From: Felis catus
Taxonomy: Eukaryota
Length of the DNA: 64,000 nt
Assembly: GCF_018350175.1 (NCBI RefSeq)
Contig: NC_058373.1
Coordinates: 113,834,001 to 113,898,000, forward strand
Reading direction: 5' to 3'
In this document: one piece after another, positions 25,226-37,439 of the stretch
How positions within the stretch are numbered: position 1 is the stretch's first letter
How the letters are laid out: every line of letters starts with the position of its first letter
Translations under genes and position numbers: made by a program
The notes under the pieces: generated by a model
The model's input: the letters and a program-made list of their open reading frames with translations, nothing else
The model's database searches: none
Told to the model about the DNA's origin: nothing

Positions 25226-27394
25226 TTGTGGAGTCTACAGGCTTGGCAAAAGAAAAAAAACTCAAACTCCAGTGAATACCACAAACAGTTATTTGCTTTA
25301 AGTTCAGGAAATGAAAAGTTATGCTGGTTTTAAATTTCTCAAGTTGCCTCCCGCCTCCCTCCTCCACTTCGTCCCCCAGCTCCCTTCAGTGTTTTGGTCT
25401 GAGGCCCCGTGGAGGGTGTCTGCAGCTAGACTGTCTGGAGGGAGGGCCCAGCTCTCATCTTCCACATGCCGCCATTCAGTAATAGCTGGGGGCTCTCTGG
25501 CTAAGCCAAGGGAACATCTAGCTCCACTGAGAAAACCCTTGCTGCCTAGTGATACGAAACATGCCACCTACTTGCACTGTAGCCTTGTGGGGCAGATTTT
25601 CCCAATGTCTCCCAGAGGAAACAGAAATCAAGCCTCTCCCTCCCCCCACCCCCTCCCCAATCTCTTTTGTCCCCACAATCCAGCTCTGGAAAATATCTGA
25701 AGGCCACAGAAGTGGGAGTACCCTTTGATGTTTATATTGGCTGGCTCCTTTTCCTTTTTTCTTCTTTTTTTAATAATCAGAGTAGTAGAAAATGTGGAGA
25801 ATTAACCGCATGACAGCAGCAGAGGAATTCATTAGAGAAACTGAGATGAATTCTGCTCAGATTTCAGGCTCTCAAGCAGGAGTCACAAAGGAGTAATCGT
25901 CCTCTAGTTGTTTTTAATCATTTCTTTTGTGGCACCTTCCTTGTCCCTGAAACCAATCTCAGTGTCCGGCATGAGGGAGCCTGAGAACATAGGCCATCCT
26001 CAAGGAGGCTTTGATTTGGGGATTACTACAGCGATATTAGCTGCCCCCTTCGAAATGCCCTTTGACAAGATGGAACGTGTCCATCTTGGAGAGGGCAGTG
26101 CACAGTGCCGTGTCATTGCTTTTATCTAAAGTGCTTCTCATTAAAATTTTGCATTAAAATTGTAAAAAATGGGCAGAAAACTCTACTACAGAAAATTCCC
26201 AAATAGAGCAAAAATTGCTGAGGAATGAACTTCTGCAAATGTGTTTTCTAACTTAATCCTCAGAGACCCTTCCTTTCATGAACCTCAGAGGTAGCTTCAG
26301 TGATGGCTTTGCCCATGACTTAGTTAATTCATGCTTAAAATTTGACTTAGAGGAACTCGGTAAAATAAAATAGTGCTTTTTCTCCATAAATGTATTGAGG
26401 CACTGGATCCCCCAGAGGCTGTGGTAGTAAGATTTCTCTCCCAGAGTCCAAAGTAGTCCTGACTGCTTTGCTGAAATACTGGAGCTCCATTGCAATTCTG
26501 ATTCCTCAGTGCAAGCATATTAGGAAGTCTCATATTGAAAAATCTTCTCAAGCACTTTCATATATTACTTATTGAGCTTATAAATATAAATTATTTGCAT
26601 CTATTTATTAAAGCAGCTCTGTAAATCCCCTTCTAAGTTAGATGTTTTAGCATTGCTCTTGATAAACATATCTACCTGAAAATAATGAAAAGAACACTTC
26701 TTGAATCTTACTGATATTTTTGGAAAGAGAATTCATTAACCTGAAGTACTTAGGCATGTAATTAATTTTAAAACCATCTGGTTTTAGCGTTAAGCTAACC
26801 TGGTCAAATGCGCTTACATCAGACATAGAGGGCCTAACAGAGACAAGTCAAGTATCACAAAAAATTTCCCAGGGAACACACTTCTTGTGGCTTCTCTTTG
26901 GGCACAGGCTCTCTAACACCTACTCAGAGACTCAGAACCAGAACATCGGTGAGTAAGTCACCTTTCCATGTCATGTTTCTCCCGCCTGCCAAGTGGAGGA
27001 CACATAAGTACTTTTCACCTCCTTGTCAATGAGAGTAAATATTTCAGTCTCTTATGTCAGTGGTAAGCAGAAAGGAGGGGTAACTGTGGCCTGTAGAGGT
27101 TTATAGGGAAGTCTATATGAAAGGAGGGAGACTTGGGTGAGGCCTGGAAGAACGCAGAAGATGCTAATCACTCAAAGACCATTTTTTGAGGACTTGTGAT
27201 ACAAAGACATTTAAGATATGTTGCCTGCTTCTGGTTTGGATTGACATAGAGGAGGCATGAAGGCAACATGAGAAAGGCAATAAAAGCACAGGAGTGAAAA
27301 AGTCATGGTGTGTTTTGTATACATTAAATAGTAGAAGATTGATTTGTAGAAGATGGGATTCAGTTTCAGATTTTTAAAAACTGCCATTTATTCT

Positions 27395-28232
27395 TTTTTT
27401 TCAATATATGAAATTTATTGTCAAATTGGTTTCCATACAACACCCAGTGCTCATCCCAAAAGGTGCCCTCCTCAATACCCATCACCCACCCTCCCTTCCC
27501 TCCCACCCCCCATCAACCCTCAGTTTGTTCTCAGTTTTTAACAGTCTCTTATGCTTTGGCTCTCTCCCATTCTAACCTCTTTTTTTTTTTTTTCCCTTCC
27601 CCTCCCCCATGGGTTTCTGTTAAGTTTCTCAGGATCCACATAAGAGTGAAAACATATGGTATCTGTCTTTCTCTGTATGGCTTATTTCACTTAGCATCAC
27701 ACTCTCCAGTTCCATCCACGTTGCTACAAAGGGCCATATTCTTTCATTCTTTCTCATTGCCACGTAGTACTCCACTGTGTATATGAACCACAATTTCTTT
27801 ATCCATTCATCAGTTGATGGACATTTAGGCTCTTTCCATAATTTGGCTATTGTTGAGAGTGCTGCTATAAACTTTGGGGTACAAGTGCCCCTATGCATCA
27901 GTACTCCTGTATCCCTTGGGTAAATTCCTAGCAGTGCTATTGCTGGGTCATAGGGTGGGTCTATTTTTAATTTTCTGAGGAACCTCCACACTGCTTTCCA
28001 GAGTGGCTGCACCAATTTGCATTCCCAACAGTGCAAGAGGGTTCCCATTTCTCCACATCCTCTCCAGCATCTCTAGTCTCCTGATTTGTTCATTTTGGCC
28101 ACCCTGACTGGCGTGAGGTGATATCTGAGTGTGGTTTTGATTTGTATTTCCCTGATGAGGAGCAACGTTGAGCATCTTTTCATGTGCCTGTTGGCCATCC
28201 AGATGCCTTCTTTAGAGAAGTGTCTATTCATG
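27395..28232 (-). mobile_element. Young 5'-truncated L1_Fc (838 bp)
   Basis: ORF 27629-28048 is the L1 ORF2p C-terminus; perfect 19-bp TSD aaaaactgccatttattct at 27376-27394 and 28233-28251. Confidence 0.98.
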
Positions 28233-28251
28233 AAAAACTGCCATTTATTCT

Positions 28252-28660
28252 AAGGAAATCATTAAGAGATGAGTAAAACTATGTATGTACAAATATTTTT
28301 GAATGAAAAATTGACAGAAAAGACCCTCAAACTCTGTGAACTGATTAAGTTAGATTACACGTATACAGTGGAATGCTCTCTAGCTATTAAAAATCGTGTT
28401 GTATAAAAATCTTTATTCAAGCGGGGAAATACTCATGGTATGGGGAGGAGTGAAAAATATAGGTTATAAAATAGAATGTACAGTATAATACCAATTTTGT
28501 AAAATATATTTATTATGAGAAAAAATCAGGGAGGACAAAAGACAAGTTGTTAGCAGTGGTTATATATAGTTTTTGAGAGCATGAGTTATATCAATTTTCT
28601 TCTTTAAGCGCTGATATTTTCAACTTTCTTCTGTCATGAGAATGCACTATTTTGCAATTA
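28252..28660 (+). mobile_element. Old L1ME-like 3' fragment
   Basis: atacagtggaatgctctctagctattaaaaat...agtataataccaattttgtaaa...gttagcagtggttat. Confidence 0.65.
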
Positions 28661-29213
28661 AATTTTTTTTTTTTACATGAGGGTAAGAAGTTAGGCACTT
28701 ATTTGTTGATTGACTTATTCATTTATTTTAGGCAATGCAGAGTCCAATGTGAAAATCAGAGGAGAAAAGTGACAGGATGAAAAACACATTTGTTGCAAGA
28801 CAAATGTGTAAATAAATGTAAGATGTTTTAGAGCAGAGAGAGCCTCATATTGGAGAGATGAATCTACAGGTCATAGCAATAGTTTATTGTAAAACGATAG
28901 ACGTTTGAAATAGTGTGGTGTTTGTAGGCATTCAAAAGAAAGGCAAGGTGTGAAACATTATGAAGGGTGAATAGACAATATATTTTGGAATGACTCTGAA
29001 AAGTGAGAGAGGGGAGAGTCCTGGGGACAAGTGTAATATTTCTCGCTTGCCTGGAAGAATAAAATCAATAGGAGGTAGAGACAGCTTGCTTGGAAGCTGG
29101 GATAAATTGCTGCAATCCAGGTTTAGTTTTTGTTTGCTGTTTTTTGTTTTCTGGGTTTTTTTTTTTATTTGGAAGTATAGAAAAGTTACAAGAATAAAAA
29201 TAGCACATTCAAA

Positions 29214-29374
29214 GGGCGCCCGGGTGGCTCAGTCGGTTAAGCAACTGACTTTGGCTCAGGTTATGATCTCGAGGTCCATGAGTTTGAGCCCTGCGTCAGG
29301 CCCTGTGCCCCTCCCCTGCTAATGCTCTGTCTCTCTAGCTCTCAAAAATAAATAAACATAAAAAAATTTTTTTT
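29214..29374 (+). mobile_element. SINEC_Fc with internal deletion
   Basis: Head and tail present, central ~55 nt missing; TSD aaaataRcacaYtcaaa at 29197-29213 and 29375-29391. Confidence 0.93.
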
Positions 29375-29875
29375 AAAATAACACACTCAAAAGACATAGC
29401 CTAAAGAATACGGTGAATGATACTGTCATAGTGATGTCACAGGACAGATGGTAGCTACCCTTGGCGATGAATTTACTAAAATCATCTGTTGCTAATATTT
29501 TACATTTGCTTCATAATTTATTCTGTCTACCTACCTACCTACCTACCCACTAAATACCTACATATGCATATACATATACATAACAGTTTTCTGATTTTTT
29601 TGAGGGTAAATTACATTCATCTTAATCCTTTTCCTCCTGAATACTTCATTTTTTTATTCCCAAGAAACAGGATATTCTCTTATAACCTTTAGAGAGTTAT
29701 CCCCTTCAGTAAATTTGATTAAATACTTCCATCTAATCTATCATTCATATTCCAGTTTTGTCAATTGACCTGGTGATGCAATGGTGTCCTTGATGACATT
29801 TTTTCCTCCTTTAGCGTAGGATCCTGTCTAGATTAGGTATTGCAATTAGTTGTCATGTCTCTTTAGTCTCCTTTA

Positions 29876-30100
29876 TTTTTTTTTTTATTTTTTAACATTT
29901 TAATTTATTTCTGAGAGACAGAGAGAGACAGAGCGTGAGTTGGGGAAAAGCAGAGAGCGAGTGAGACACAGAATCCGAAGCAGACTCCAGGCTCTGAGCT
30001 GTCAGCACAGAACCCTATGCGGGGCTCGAAACCACCAACTGTGAGATCATGACCTGAGCCCAAGTCAGAGGCTTAACTGACTGAGCCACCCAGGCACCCC
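29876..30100 (-). mobile_element. SINEC_Fc
   Basis: Perfect 16-bp TSD tctttagtctccttta at 29860-29875 and 30101-30116. Confidence 0.97.
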
Positions 30101-30608
30101 TCTTTAGTCTCCTTTAATCTGGAACGTATTCACAGCCTTTATTTTTTATGACTGACATTATTGAAGATCACAGTTTCCTCTATTACATGCTTTTTTTGAA
30201 TTTGTCTGATGTTTCCTTATAATTAGATTCACCTTGTCAGCCAGGTGATGTTTTCCCCTTCTCAGGTTACCTGGAAGTATAATGTAATATCCATCTGCCC
30301 TTCATTGGTGATGTAAATTTTGATCACTAGGTCAGGATATAATCTAATTTTTCCTCTATATAGGAAAAATATATATTATTTACTCTCTATATGTTATCTA
30401 CTCTTTTTCCCTTGTAAGCACTAAGCATTCACTGAGAAGTAAATCTCTTGATTTTCATCATCCACTCAGATTTAGTATTCCTTGGTAGTTCTTGTATAAT
30501 CCAAGCTGCAGAAGATAGCTGCAAAAGTTTCCAACTCTAGCATTCCTTCTGCATTTACCGGTTATCACCAAACATTTTCTTATAAGCAAGAGAGCTCTCT
30601 TTCTTCCT

Positions 30609-30648
30609 CATCCATCCATCCATCCATCCATCCATCCATCCATCCATC
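30609..30648. repeat. (CATC)n tetranucleotide microsatellite
   Basis: About 10 units. Confidence 0.95.
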
Positions 30649-30788
30649 CCTTACCAGTTTTGAACTTCTGAATTCCTATTCTTTTTAGTGGTTAATATTG
30701 TACTGAATTATTTTGATGCTCAAATTGTCCCAGATTTAGTCAATGTGTTCTTGTGTCATATCCACCCCCCCCATTATTTTTCTCTTTT

Positions 30789-31017
30789 CTAAAACATTTT
30801 TTTTAATGTTTATTTTATTTTTAAGAGAGAGAAAGAGAGAGACAGATCACGAATGGGGAAGGAGTGGGGGTGGGGGGTGGTGGTGGCACAGACTGAAACG
30901 GGCTCCAGGCTCTAAACTGTCAGCACAGAGCCTGATGCAGGGCTTGAACTCATGAACTGGGAGATCATGTCGTGAGCTGAAGTCAGTGCTTAACCAACTG
31001 AGCCACCCAAGTGACCC
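30789..31017 (-). mobile_element. SINEC_Fc
   Basis: CanSINE body; TSD tatttttYtctttt at 30775-30788 and 31018-31031. Confidence 0.92.
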
Positions 31018-31020
31018 TAT

Positions 31021-31261
31021 TTTTTTCTTTTATTTTCCTTTCCTTTCCTTTCCTTTCCTTTCCTTTCCTTTCCTTTCCTTTCCTTTCCTTTCTTTTCTTT
31101 TCTTTTCTTTTCTTTTCTTCTCTTTTCTTCTCTTTTCTTCTCTTTTCTTCTCTTTTCTTCTCTTTTCTTCTTTTTTCTTGCCTTGCTTTTTTTCCTTTTC
31201 TTTTTTTCTTTACTCTCTTTTCTTGCCTTCTCTTCTCTTTCTTTTCTTTTTTCTTTTCTTC
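31021..31261. repeat. Compound polypyrimidine microsatellite (TTTCC)n/(TTTTC)n/(TCTTTTCTTC)n
   Basis: About 240 bp of almost pure C/T. Confidence 0.97.
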
Positions 31262-32789
31262 AGCACTTCCCAGGTTCATCTTGTGCCTATCCTTCCCCAG
31301 TCCTTAAATCACCCATTTCTCCAAGAATCCCCACTTCTTTCTTAGCGGAAATGGTAGCAGGGACCAAGTTCTGGGAGGAGGTGTGCTCTGTGCTTCTTGG
31401 CCTTTTCAACTGACAGAGCTGGGAAACAAATAAACAAAGAAACAAACAAATGTTTATATGTACATATGTATACACATATGCACATACATATTTTAGAAAT
31501 TGTGAAATCACTCTGATAACCTCCAGTTTCAGTCCATTCCCACAGGGTTCTTTCTTGCTCAACCCAGTTTTATATAGCTTCCACATTTGGAATAATGATA
31601 AGCAAAATAGTAAAAGATGTAGCATGCAGTAGGGGAGATAGAAAATTGAAACTCACAAAGATGGTCAAATTTAATGATTCAGGTTAGGGTGTTATTCACA
31701 CAGAGTTAGAGGTGAACACAACTAGAGTTTGCCAAATCCAAAGGCAAGACTATAAGAGCAACAAGCTAACAGAGAAAGGAGATAGGATGGCCACTGAATT
31801 TTGAGATCCATGAAGAAGTTATTGTAGGACACAGAGGAGACAAATAAGAATAGCTCAGGAAGGAGATGTAGAGAATGAAATCAAAAAAGTAGGAGGAGAG
31901 CCAGTACTATATGTAGAGTCATGAAGGTCAAGACTAGAAAGGTTTTTAGCAAATACTGCAGGTAGTCAGAGAAAACTGTAGACCCAGAGTAGGCCTTTGG
32001 ATTTGACATTTGGTTACCAGATATTTTAAAAACTGGATGTAGGGGCTCACTTGTGAGTTTTGGAGAGTACAACTTTGAAGTAGCAATGCAGCGCCCGTTA
32101 ATTAATATTTGACACTTATATTTAGGTGTTTTTTTTTAAACTTTTTAGATATGTTCACCAAATATTATTTTGTTTCTCATTACATGCTAAGCCAAGTTAT
32201 GCTTTGTGTATAAAGTGCCCAAATCTAAGAGGCATTGTAGACAGGCTATTTTTAGGGAACTCATGTTTTTCTTTAAAAGCTCGGTTAGCATTTGGAATCG
32301 ATATACAGTATAATATTTAAAAGAAAAACAACATATTTCCTCATCCCCCAAGAGATTTCTTAAAATAGCATGTAATCTTACCTACAGTGGGAAAAGTTTC
32401 AAATTTTATAAATTGGGTTGAATCTAACTCAGATTACCTGACCAGGAGAGCCCCCAAGAAAAACAAGGTGTGGTAAAGGTTATAGTAATGGTAATTAAGG
32501 AATTTGTGTTGTGTATGCTGGGCCTCCCTCACTTAAAGCAGTGACCCAGCCTGTGGCTACTGGCATCATTTGTAAGTGCTGAGACATGCTGTCTTTTTAG
32601 AGAGAAGTCCAAACCAAATCTTTGCCCACTCCAAAAGCCAAAATATTCTTCTCATTCCTTGCAGCCACAGAACAGGCCGAGCTTTTGCTAATAGGATCCA
32701 TGTCTCTGTGACCTGTGGATGCATCAACCTGTTTTCTGTGCAGCATGTAAGCAACAAAGGGTTTAACTTTAGTTGCTTTTCTTCCCAGG

Positions 32790-32960
32790 GTCATGGAGTG
32801 TTAGAAGTGCTAGAAGCTAGAAAGGATCTTCAAAGTGAACCACTTTAAGCCTCTCACATTCCAGATGAAAATACCAAGGCTCAGACAGGTGAAATAATGT
32901 GTCCATCTTCCCACAGCTAGAAAATACTAGAGCTTGAACTCAGGCCAACTGACCCTCCAC
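32790..32960 (-). mobile_element. MIR SINE
   Basis: cattccagatgaaaataccaaggctcagacaggtgaaata. Confidence 0.7.
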
Positions 32961-35464
32961 CCAGGTCTGCAGCTGGGTATCATACATTATAGCATCTCTT
33001 CTCAAGAGCAAAACCTCTTTGGGGCGATACGTTACACTCTAGACTGTGTGTGCCAAATCTGTGTGATGACAGGCAGTGCCATCAGAGAGCTGTACCATGT
33101 TAAGCGGCAGTTGGGTAACCAGCAGCCACAAGCAAATCCCGTGGGTGACCTGAAAGTAAAGTCTTTTCTGAGTTGAATGGGATCTGTGGAGATCTGGGAG
33201 AGGCTCGTCCTGAGAGGATGTTTTGTTGAGTGGTTGAACATATGCTGCAGGCTGTAGCACATTATGGAAGCCCTTTCCTTTGTCATGATAGGTGATCCAG
33301 TTTGGAGACTCTGATGCATCAGGATTTTTCTCATCCTTCACATGGCAAGACTTAAAGACATTAGATTCAAAATCGTATTTCTTTCTCCTTTCTGCCAGTA
33401 ATGAATAATTCTACTCTAGTATGCTAGTGTCTAACGCACACTTAGGGACGTTTGGGAGGCTGTTTCCATTTCATCTCATTTCAGTCAGCAAATATTTACA
33501 GAACTCTGTGTGAGACAGATGCCATGCTAGGAATAGCAAGAGCATTGAGGACCACTGCCCTCCCTCCTAGGTTCAGGGCAGTGACAGTGTGCATAGCCAC
33601 CATTGCTGACCATCCCTGCTGTGGCCTTTGCTGGGTGACCTCTCTGGCTCCCAGGGCCTTGTGTTTTCACAGATTCCCTGATTCTTCCTTAGAACAAGTT
33701 GTCCCTCCTACTAATATTCCCTTCAAAAAGATGAGGTTTTTCCAAGAGAATTTTAAGATTTTCTTTGTCGTCTTATTTACTTCGGTTTTCGGCAACATTT
33801 GAAAGAGCTGAAGTGAGGACAAGGAAGAAGAATATTTAGGCCTGGAAAATGTAAAAAAAAAAGTCCCGTTTACATCTACTTTTGAGAAGATGATTTTAAA
33901 ATATTCTGTACTCTCAGGGATCCACTGCCCCTTCGATTCACATACCTTGGCTACCGTCACGTGAGAAGACACTGTGTTTAGGCTTCAAAGAAAGGAATTA
34001 TACTGAGAACTTTTAGTGATAATTCTTTGATTGTAACCTTGGTTTTCTTCCTCCTGCTAATCTTTTAAAATGGGTATTGCAGGAAGCTGCTTGCCAAGCT
34101 GTAATAGACCTCCAGGGAACGTAACACATGATCTTTTCCCTTATTTGGCACTGAAATTTCACCAGGCTGTGTTAATCTGAGTGAAACATACTCTAGGAAT
34201 ATCTTTAGAATAGTTCTGTAGTTGGAAAAATTGAGACCAGGTAACGATGGAACCAGGTTTTACATGCCATGCGGGAAGCCCATTAAGGCAGTCAGTGTTT
34301 CCGTGGCACTATTCAAATATAGCAGGGCCAGATATGTAGGCCCACCTTGAAAACATTCTTGTGCATGTGTGTTTTATTCTCAAGATGTTAGAGCTGATAA
34401 AGCGGCGTGGTGTGGTGTAAGTGTGCACAAATCGAAGCTGGGCTTGTCTGGATGACTAGGCTCCAGGCTAATTAAGGGTGGGAGAGGGATCATTGTGTTT
34501 TGGTTGCCTTCAGGGAAGGAGTTGCAGACCCCACTGCTGTGGTATCATGGAAAAAGAAAAACTCCTTGAACTTAAAGCAGTTGCCTTACCTGTAACAGAC
34601 AGACAGCAGTCTCAGCCTCACGGACTTTGTGTGAGGGTCAAATGAGAAAATACTTGGAAAAGTGCTTCATAATCTCTGTAGCGCCCAGCAAGAGCAGGGA
34701 AATGTGCTTGTGATCATTATCACAATGACGCGGAGTGAGTTATTCCCCAGATAGTCATGATAAGGTTGTCAGAAAAGAGTCGGGAGGTCACTTTACCAAG
34801 CAGAATTTTGTATGTGTTGCAGAAACTCCCAGTCTGAGTCACTGAGCAAAGTAAGGGGTCATGAGAAGTGTGCTCCATTTTAGATGTTTGGTTCTCTTTC
34901 ACATTCCGTCCTTGACCAGCAAAACCGTTTCACTTCATTTCCAGTCACTTTCACTTTCTCAAGCTTTGGTTCGGTGTCCATGACATTCCCACACTTAAAC
35001 ATTTGCATTGTCTTCCTTGATTTTTTCTCTCAGAAGTCTGTTTATCTGACTAATGCACTGTGGTCAGAATAAGAGCATTGCTCATGGTGCATTTCCTAGG
35101 TAGGAATGTCTAAAATCAACAAGTGGCCCAGCCCAGAACATTCTCTAGGACCTGTGCCCCTGCCCTCCCCGCCCATTGCCTAGTGGCTCTGATTTGTTTG
35201 TGTATAGGGCTACTTCCACTTCTAGGTCAAGAGCCTGACTCCCCATGCCCAGAGCCCCACTTTCCATGTACTGTAGTTTGGTGCCCTTATTAGTGTCTGG
35301 CTACCTGCTTCCTTCTATAAGTGAGAGTTGTAACAAAGTGGTGAGCCCTTCCAAAGCAGACTCATAAGGAGCCAAGGTGTTCTAGCTCAGTCTCAGGAAT
35401 CATAATCTTGAAAAGATGCATAGCATATATTTCTGTCATCTTTCAGCATCCTTCTCAAAAACCC

Positions 35465-35755
35465 TAGAAAATATTTAGCCTAGAAGAAAAGCCAAGTAGT
35501 AGGTTTATGCTGCATTTACTCTCTACATGTCTGAGGGGGGAGTTCCAAGGGGTAGAATTAAGGCCATGGGTAGGAGGTACACAGAAACAAACTTTGACTT
35601 AATAATACGAAGATTATTCTAAAAGAGTTGTTAAGAAATGTAATGAACTGCCTCCAGAGCCCGAGTTTCCATTTCTAGAGGTGTTTAAGAGCAAATGGGA
35701 CAACCAGTGAAGGTATACTATAGGGAGGATTTATATTATTGGACTAGGTAACTTT
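35465..35755 (+). mobile_element. L3/CR1 3' end
   Basis: tttagcctagaagaaaag...aaatgtaatgaactgcctccagag...ccatttctagaggtgtttaag...ttggactaggtaac. Confidence 0.7.
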
Positions 35756-36729
35756 TATTTTTTTTCAACTTTATTAGAATTTTTAGCCATAAAAGTGACA
35801 CACGTATTTTATCATAAAATAATGCAGAACTATATGAAGAATAAGTTAATCCTTTGTCTTTTTCATCTCTCTGACCACATTACCCACCCTCTACCCCCTT
35901 TCCCCATTGAAACCAGTGTTTGGTGAAGATAAAAAATGTTAACAGAAATGTATCTAATCCTATTTTTGTACTATGTTCACCAAACTGAATATGGTAGATA
36001 TATTTTTAAGAGGTTTAAAAGAAAAATAGAAAAGATAGTAGGAGAGCTCCTAGCTGTCTTAAGTGAGTCAAAGGCCTTAGGGAAGAGCTAAGTATAATAT
36101 AGAGGATAGACTAAGATATGGGGTTATTCTAGAACTTGGTTGGGAAGTAAATTAATATATATAGCCATCAGAGAATGGATCAGAGCAGAGTTGTGGACAG
36201 TCACCTAAAGACAGTGATTATCTCTAAGCCAAAGACTGGCGTAAACATAAGTGAAGCACAAATGTGTCTGAATGGGAACACCTAAAAGTGAACACTGTGC
36301 CCCAGGCTCCCGGTAGCTATCCTCAGGAATGGGATTGTCAGCAACCTTCAAAGTTTCAGTTCAACTTATAAGTCCTCCTTTGCAAGAGATTCAATTTTTA
36401 CATTTCAGTCCTACAGAAACTTCTCCTCTGACACCTTGTGACTACAATTTGCCTCTGTAAATAGAACTGTCTGAAGAGGGAAATGCTGTGGTCAGACAAT
36501 GACTGTTAGGGTCTGTGTGAGAGATACATTACTGTTGTCAATCAATAAATTGACATTCTGGTTTGCCGCACCACTTCATTGTGAGTTTTGTCAGGGTGAG
36601 GCAACATGACTATGTCTAGTCAACTCTGGGATACTGACAGTGTCAAGGTTTGGGGTCTTCAAGGCTGGAACTGTAACCTAGCTGTATAGTTCATATAGCC
36701 ATTAGGTGGCATTTGTACAAAAGGGAAGT

Positions 36730-36950
36730 AATATAACACTTGGATAGAAGTTTGGTCTCCAGAAATTAATCGATGTGGGTTTGAATGCTAGGTCTGCCCT
36801 TTTCAAACTGTATGACCTAAGCCTGTTTCCTTCTTTGTAAAAAGGAGAGGGATGATCACAACACCAATCTTAAAGGGTTGTTTTAAGGATTAAATTAGAT
36901 AATCCATGTAAAGTGCTTGACTCAGTGCCTTACACATAGCTGCTACCATC
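36730..36950 (+). mobile_element. MIR SINE
   Basis: gggtttgaatgctagg...tgtttccttctttgtaaaaagg...ggattaaattagataatccatgtaaagtgctt. Confidence 0.85.
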
Positions 36951-37439
36951 ATCACCACCACCACCAAGGCAAATGACACCTTGTGATCATTATTGAGAGC
37001 CAATATGAGCTAAAAAAAAGAAAAAAAGTAAAACATTCCTATTTCTAAATCCTTTTATCCTTCTACAGTTCATCTGATTGGTTATAGAGTGTCATAGAGT
37101 AGATTTTTATTTCTGGGAGGAATCTGGCAGTGATTTTTATTCTTGTTGTCTAGTTGTGATTAATTAAGTAGATTCATACTTAATTTCATACTGGTTTAAC
37201 AAATGTAACCAAATGGTTTTGAGCTGATTGATGGATTGATGTCCATCTGGACAGACTCAGGAGTCCGTTTGCTGATGCTGTTCTGTCCAGTCCAGTTTAC
37301 TCAAAAATTTTGATGAAAGCACTGAAGATATGACTGTGTTACATATAGGTCACTCAAAGTTGGAAGAGATGGCTAACACATCTAATAAGAGACACAGGAT
37401 TTAAAAAAGATATGTGTAGTTTGATGGGATGGGTTTGCT

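Larger units (their letters stand above)
29165..31590 (-). mobile_element. Old L1MC-like 3' region carrying several younger insertions
   Basis: gaagtatagaaaagttacaagaata...ttcccaagaaacaggatattctcttataacc...ttgcaattagttgtcatgtctctttagtctcc...gatgctcaaattgtcccagattt. Confidence 0.75.

Noticed and set aside
27629..28048. 139-aa ORF
   Set aside because: C-terminal fragment of L1 ORF2p in a truncated element, not a host gene
30983..31345. Lys/Arg/Glu-rich and Phe/Ser/Leu-rich ORFs
   Set aside because: Translations of a polypyrimidine microsatellite
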